A stretch of 63,995 nucleotides of DNA, counting the filler, from Porpidia crustulata (Eukaryota), in assembly GCA_964255105.1 (NCBI GenBank). It is 8 parts of 8 records of this genome, joined end to end, with 100 filler letters (N's around TTAATTAATTAA, not from the genome) between each part and the next. Parts side by side here need not be neighbours in the genome. Positions count along the whole stretch, not along the records: positions 56,541 to 63,995 come from CAXUWE010001318.1; 7 more parts are not named here. One strand, 5' to 3'. Below the pieces are notes generated by a model. It was not told where the DNA came from. It was given only the letters and a program-made list of their open reading frames with translations, and did no database searches. The translations under genes were made by a program, and so were the position numbers. Positions 61,397 through 63,995 of the stretch are shown here, in pieces. Within the stretch, counting starts at the first letter, position 1. Every line of letters begins with the position of its first letter.

Positions 61397-61500
61397 TTGG
61401 GGGTACATATTTACCCAAATTAACAAAGTGGGGGCGAGACCCCACTGCGTTGCGTCTCAAAAGGCGAAATACTAAGTCATTGGACTTAGTCCACTACTAG
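61397..61500. other. Cluster of short inverted repeats upstream of the F-box gene
   Basis: GGGTA/TACCC (61401-61416), AGTGGGG-GCGAGA-CCCCACT (61427-61446), ACTAAGTC-ATTG-GACTTAGT (61471-61490) and TGGACT-T-AGTCCA (61481-61493). Confidence 0.6.
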
Positions 61501-61590
61501 ATATATGGGGTGTTCCTAACGAATTCCAGCATAATACGATCGTAGAGTATCCAATCAGGCCAAAGAGTGGTAACTCAGACTCCCATCAAG

Positions 61591-63231
61591 ATGAACGACT
61601 CATCTCCAGAACAGCTATCTATCACCAAGGGCAACCTGGAAGCTCCTATAGTGCCCCAGATCTTGAAGAAGCTACCAAATGAGATATTTGTATTCATTGT
61701 AGAATATCTACCCGACGAAGATGTACTCAATCTTCCTTTCGATTTCATTGATAGAGGTCTTCCACCCGAAACCGCCTCGCGCCGATTCGAGAATCTGTTT
61801 GTTTGCATTGAAAATAAGAGTCTCACAACATTGGACCGGATCAGCCGTTACTCAACTTTCAGCCAGTGTGTGAAAGAGTTGACAATGCACATGGCCACAC
61901 CCTGCAAGCCTGATGAGGAACAATTTATCACGGAGCAGTGGCACGCACATAGGCGCAGACTTGGCTGGCCTAAAATGCGTCGCCCACATGGATTTAATCT
62001 GCAGAATCTCCATCACTGGGAGTGGATTCCCCTATCAAGAGAATACGTGCCTATTCTTGGGCCTTTGACCGAGACAGACACCAAACGCTGTCCAATTGGG
62101 GAGTGTCGCGGTTGGCCTTCATCCGAAGCATATTTCAATGCTCTCGAAAAGACATTCAAGGATCATCAAGCGTGGAGAGAGGGTGGCACCGATTTGAAAG
62201 TCCTGACCACTGCATTTCAGAGACTCTCAAAACTCAAGATCATAACGATTGACAACGTTGATCGCACCGAGGAGGAACTCACCAAGCTTGGAGCAGCGCC
62301 TTTCGCAACCGGAAAGAAATCAGGTGGTGGACGTTACAACGGAGATTATGGCGCCTACTTCTTGACGCAACTGACCAAAACCCTCTCAATTTCGTCCTCG
62401 AAGCCTAATACTTTGCGACTGATCGACGACCATGGCAAATCTGCTTCGAGATTTAGAGAAAACTTAAACCAATTGCCTACATCTCTCGCAGCTCGATGTC
62501 GACCACGGCCTAGATTCTCATGTTGGGGATGGCCAACTCCCGCATACGAAAATGATTTCCACGACTCAGAGAAGCCACAAACGGATTGTAAACGGCAACG
62601 GTATTCGAAGTATATACCTAGTAAGCACTATTTCGCTACATTTGAGGGATTGGTGAAATCCGCAATCTCCGTCGAGGAGCTTGCAATTAGTCCATGCGTA
62701 GCTCAGTGCTCCGGGTACGACTTCTACCAATTCGGATCTACTAAGCATGCATGTCTACCTTTATCAAACTATCTTATCCCCGGTCTACACACACAGCTAC
62801 GAATCCTAACGTTGACGGACTTCCACACCTCCGAGCAGAACCTGGTCGATTCGCTCCAAGCCTGTGCTCGAACGCTAATCGAACTGACACTGGGATTAAT
62901 CGCAATCAGCCGTGGAACATGGCGGGGAGCCTTCACGCATCTGAATGGTGCGTTCAAGCTCCGTCGTCTCGAGCTGGGGGCCTTGAGCATGTGGGGTGCG
63001 CCTGCTCTGGCCGAGACCGGAATTAATTCAGATTGCGACGTTTTGTGGGCCAAGCACCATGGTGCTATGATTTTTGATATACTGTGCGGAAACAAGAACG
63101 AGAACGATAGTAGTTGGGAGTGGCTTTGTCGAACAGACGGGACTGACCGCTTCAGGTTCTTGCCAACTCCACGTGGACCTCCTTGTCGTGAGGTACCCAG
63201 CGTGGTGGGACAAGCAAAAAAGATGAATTGA
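61591..63231 (+). CDS. F-box domain protein with LRR-like C-terminus
   Basis: LKKLPNEIFVFIVEYLPDEDVLNL F-box; LDRIS..FSQCVKEL; LSKLKIITI; LRILTL..LIELTL..LRRLEL repeats. Single exon of about 546 aa. Confidence 0.78.
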   Translation: MNDSSPEQLSITKGNLEAPIVPQILKKLPNEIFVFIVEYLPDEDVLNLPFDFIDRGLPPETASRRFENLFVCIENKSLTTLDRISRYSTFSQCVKELTMHMATPCKPDEEQFITEQWHAHRRRLGWPKMRRPHGFNLQNLHHWEWIPLSREYVPILGPLTETDTKRCPIGECRGWPSSEAYFNALEKTFKDHQAWREGGTDLKVLTTAFQRLSKLKIITIDNVDRTEEELTKLGAAPFATGKKSGGGRYNGDYGAYFLTQLTKTLSISSSKPNTLRLIDDHGKSASRFRENLNQLPTSLAARCRPRPRFSCWGWPTPAYENDFHDSEKPQTDCKRQRYSKYIPSKHYFATFEGLVKSAISVEELAISPCVAQCSGYDFYQFGSTKHACLPLSNYLIPGLHTQLRILTLTDFHTSEQNLVDSLQACARTLIELTLGLIAISRGTWRGAFTHLNGAFKLRRLELGALSMWGAPALAETGINSDCDVLWAKHHGAMIFDILCGNKNENDSSWEWLCRTDGTDRFRFLPTPRGPPCREVPSVVGQAKKMN

Positions 63232-63995
63232 AAGTTTGTGAATAGACGTGGGACCCTGATGGAAGATATTTAGCTTCGTCATGTTGAGGAGGGACTAGAA
63301 GAAGACCGAGAAGCAATAATGAAACCATTCGGGAAGCAACCCTGGTATCTAATCACGATTACGTTGCACTTTCCTTGCATTCAGTATTTCCTGTCTTCAC
63401 AACAAGCCAATACTTCCGTACTTGTCAAATCAACAGACTGCATCAGAGGAAGAGGAGAAAGGAATACCGACGGAGCAAGAATTCGAGACCCCTGCGCCAT
63501 CCGAACAGAATACGAGACCTCTCTCTTCTAGGACGTGAAAATCCCTCTTTAATTTTTTTCTTTTTTTTTTTTTCCCCCGGAAAGCAACTAAAACAACGCA
63601 CGACTTCACACAAGCCAAGCTGGCCCCTCCTCCTTCCCACCCGTGCCACCCCACCGAAGCTGCCCTATCATCAAATCAACACGTATACCTACCTTGAACG
63701 ATCTATCCTTCGCACCTTCCTTCCAAATTCTTCAATTCGTGTCGCGTCAGCGCAAGTTGCTCGCTTGCTATCTTATCGATAGGCGCGGAATGACGGGCTC
63801 ATGAGATGGAAGTTGGGTATTTAAATTAAGGATATCGAGGGGAAAGATTGTTTAGCTAGGTGTATGTACTATAAGTCTAGGACAGACACCTCAACATACC
63901 CTATCCCAGGATTCAATATTAGAAATTCTATTCTTAAACCAAATCTATACCCCTTCCTACCTAGCCACCCACCAAACCAAAACACACCCTTTCCA

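Noticed and set aside
61427..61490. HDV-like or hammerhead ribozyme in the hairpin cluster (GGCGAAA motif)
   Set aside because: No CTGATGA core, and the nested P1/P2/P3 pairings of HDV-like ribozymes could not be built.

Overview
This is filamentous ascomycete (Pezizomycotina-type) nuclear DNA with short spliceosomal introns. It is not one contiguous locus. Eight contigs of about 8 kb are joined by seven identical 100-bp spacers (44 N + TTAATTAATTAA + 44 N), and the six complete contigs fall steadily in length (7992, 7987, 7983, 7965, 7961, 7949 bp), so synteny across spacers is meaningless. Recognisable genes are an SMP-30/lactonase, an LTO1/Yae1_N protein, an ACO2-type aconitase, two GPI-type wall proteins, FAN1, a DOMON+cytochrome b561 protein, a CCC1/VIT1 transporter, two MFS transporters, a SWIM-finger protein, TRAPPC13, a DENN+C1 protein, a C2H2 transcription factor, an EamA transporter, a GH81 glucanase, a GT-A-like protein and an F-box protein. 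The most interesting part is contig 2 (8104-16095). It looks like a decayed Starship-type giant-transposon segment: the 5' end of a ferric-reductase-like gene is fused in frame to a DUF3723 gene that carries four nonsense codons, and this faces a small MADS-box-like gene, with a large orphan ORF further on. Contig 3 has an APH-kinase pseudogene, a fold-back/MITE-like element and a diverged direct repeat bracketing a lectin-like gene. All family assignments come from recognising motifs by eye, not from database searches.
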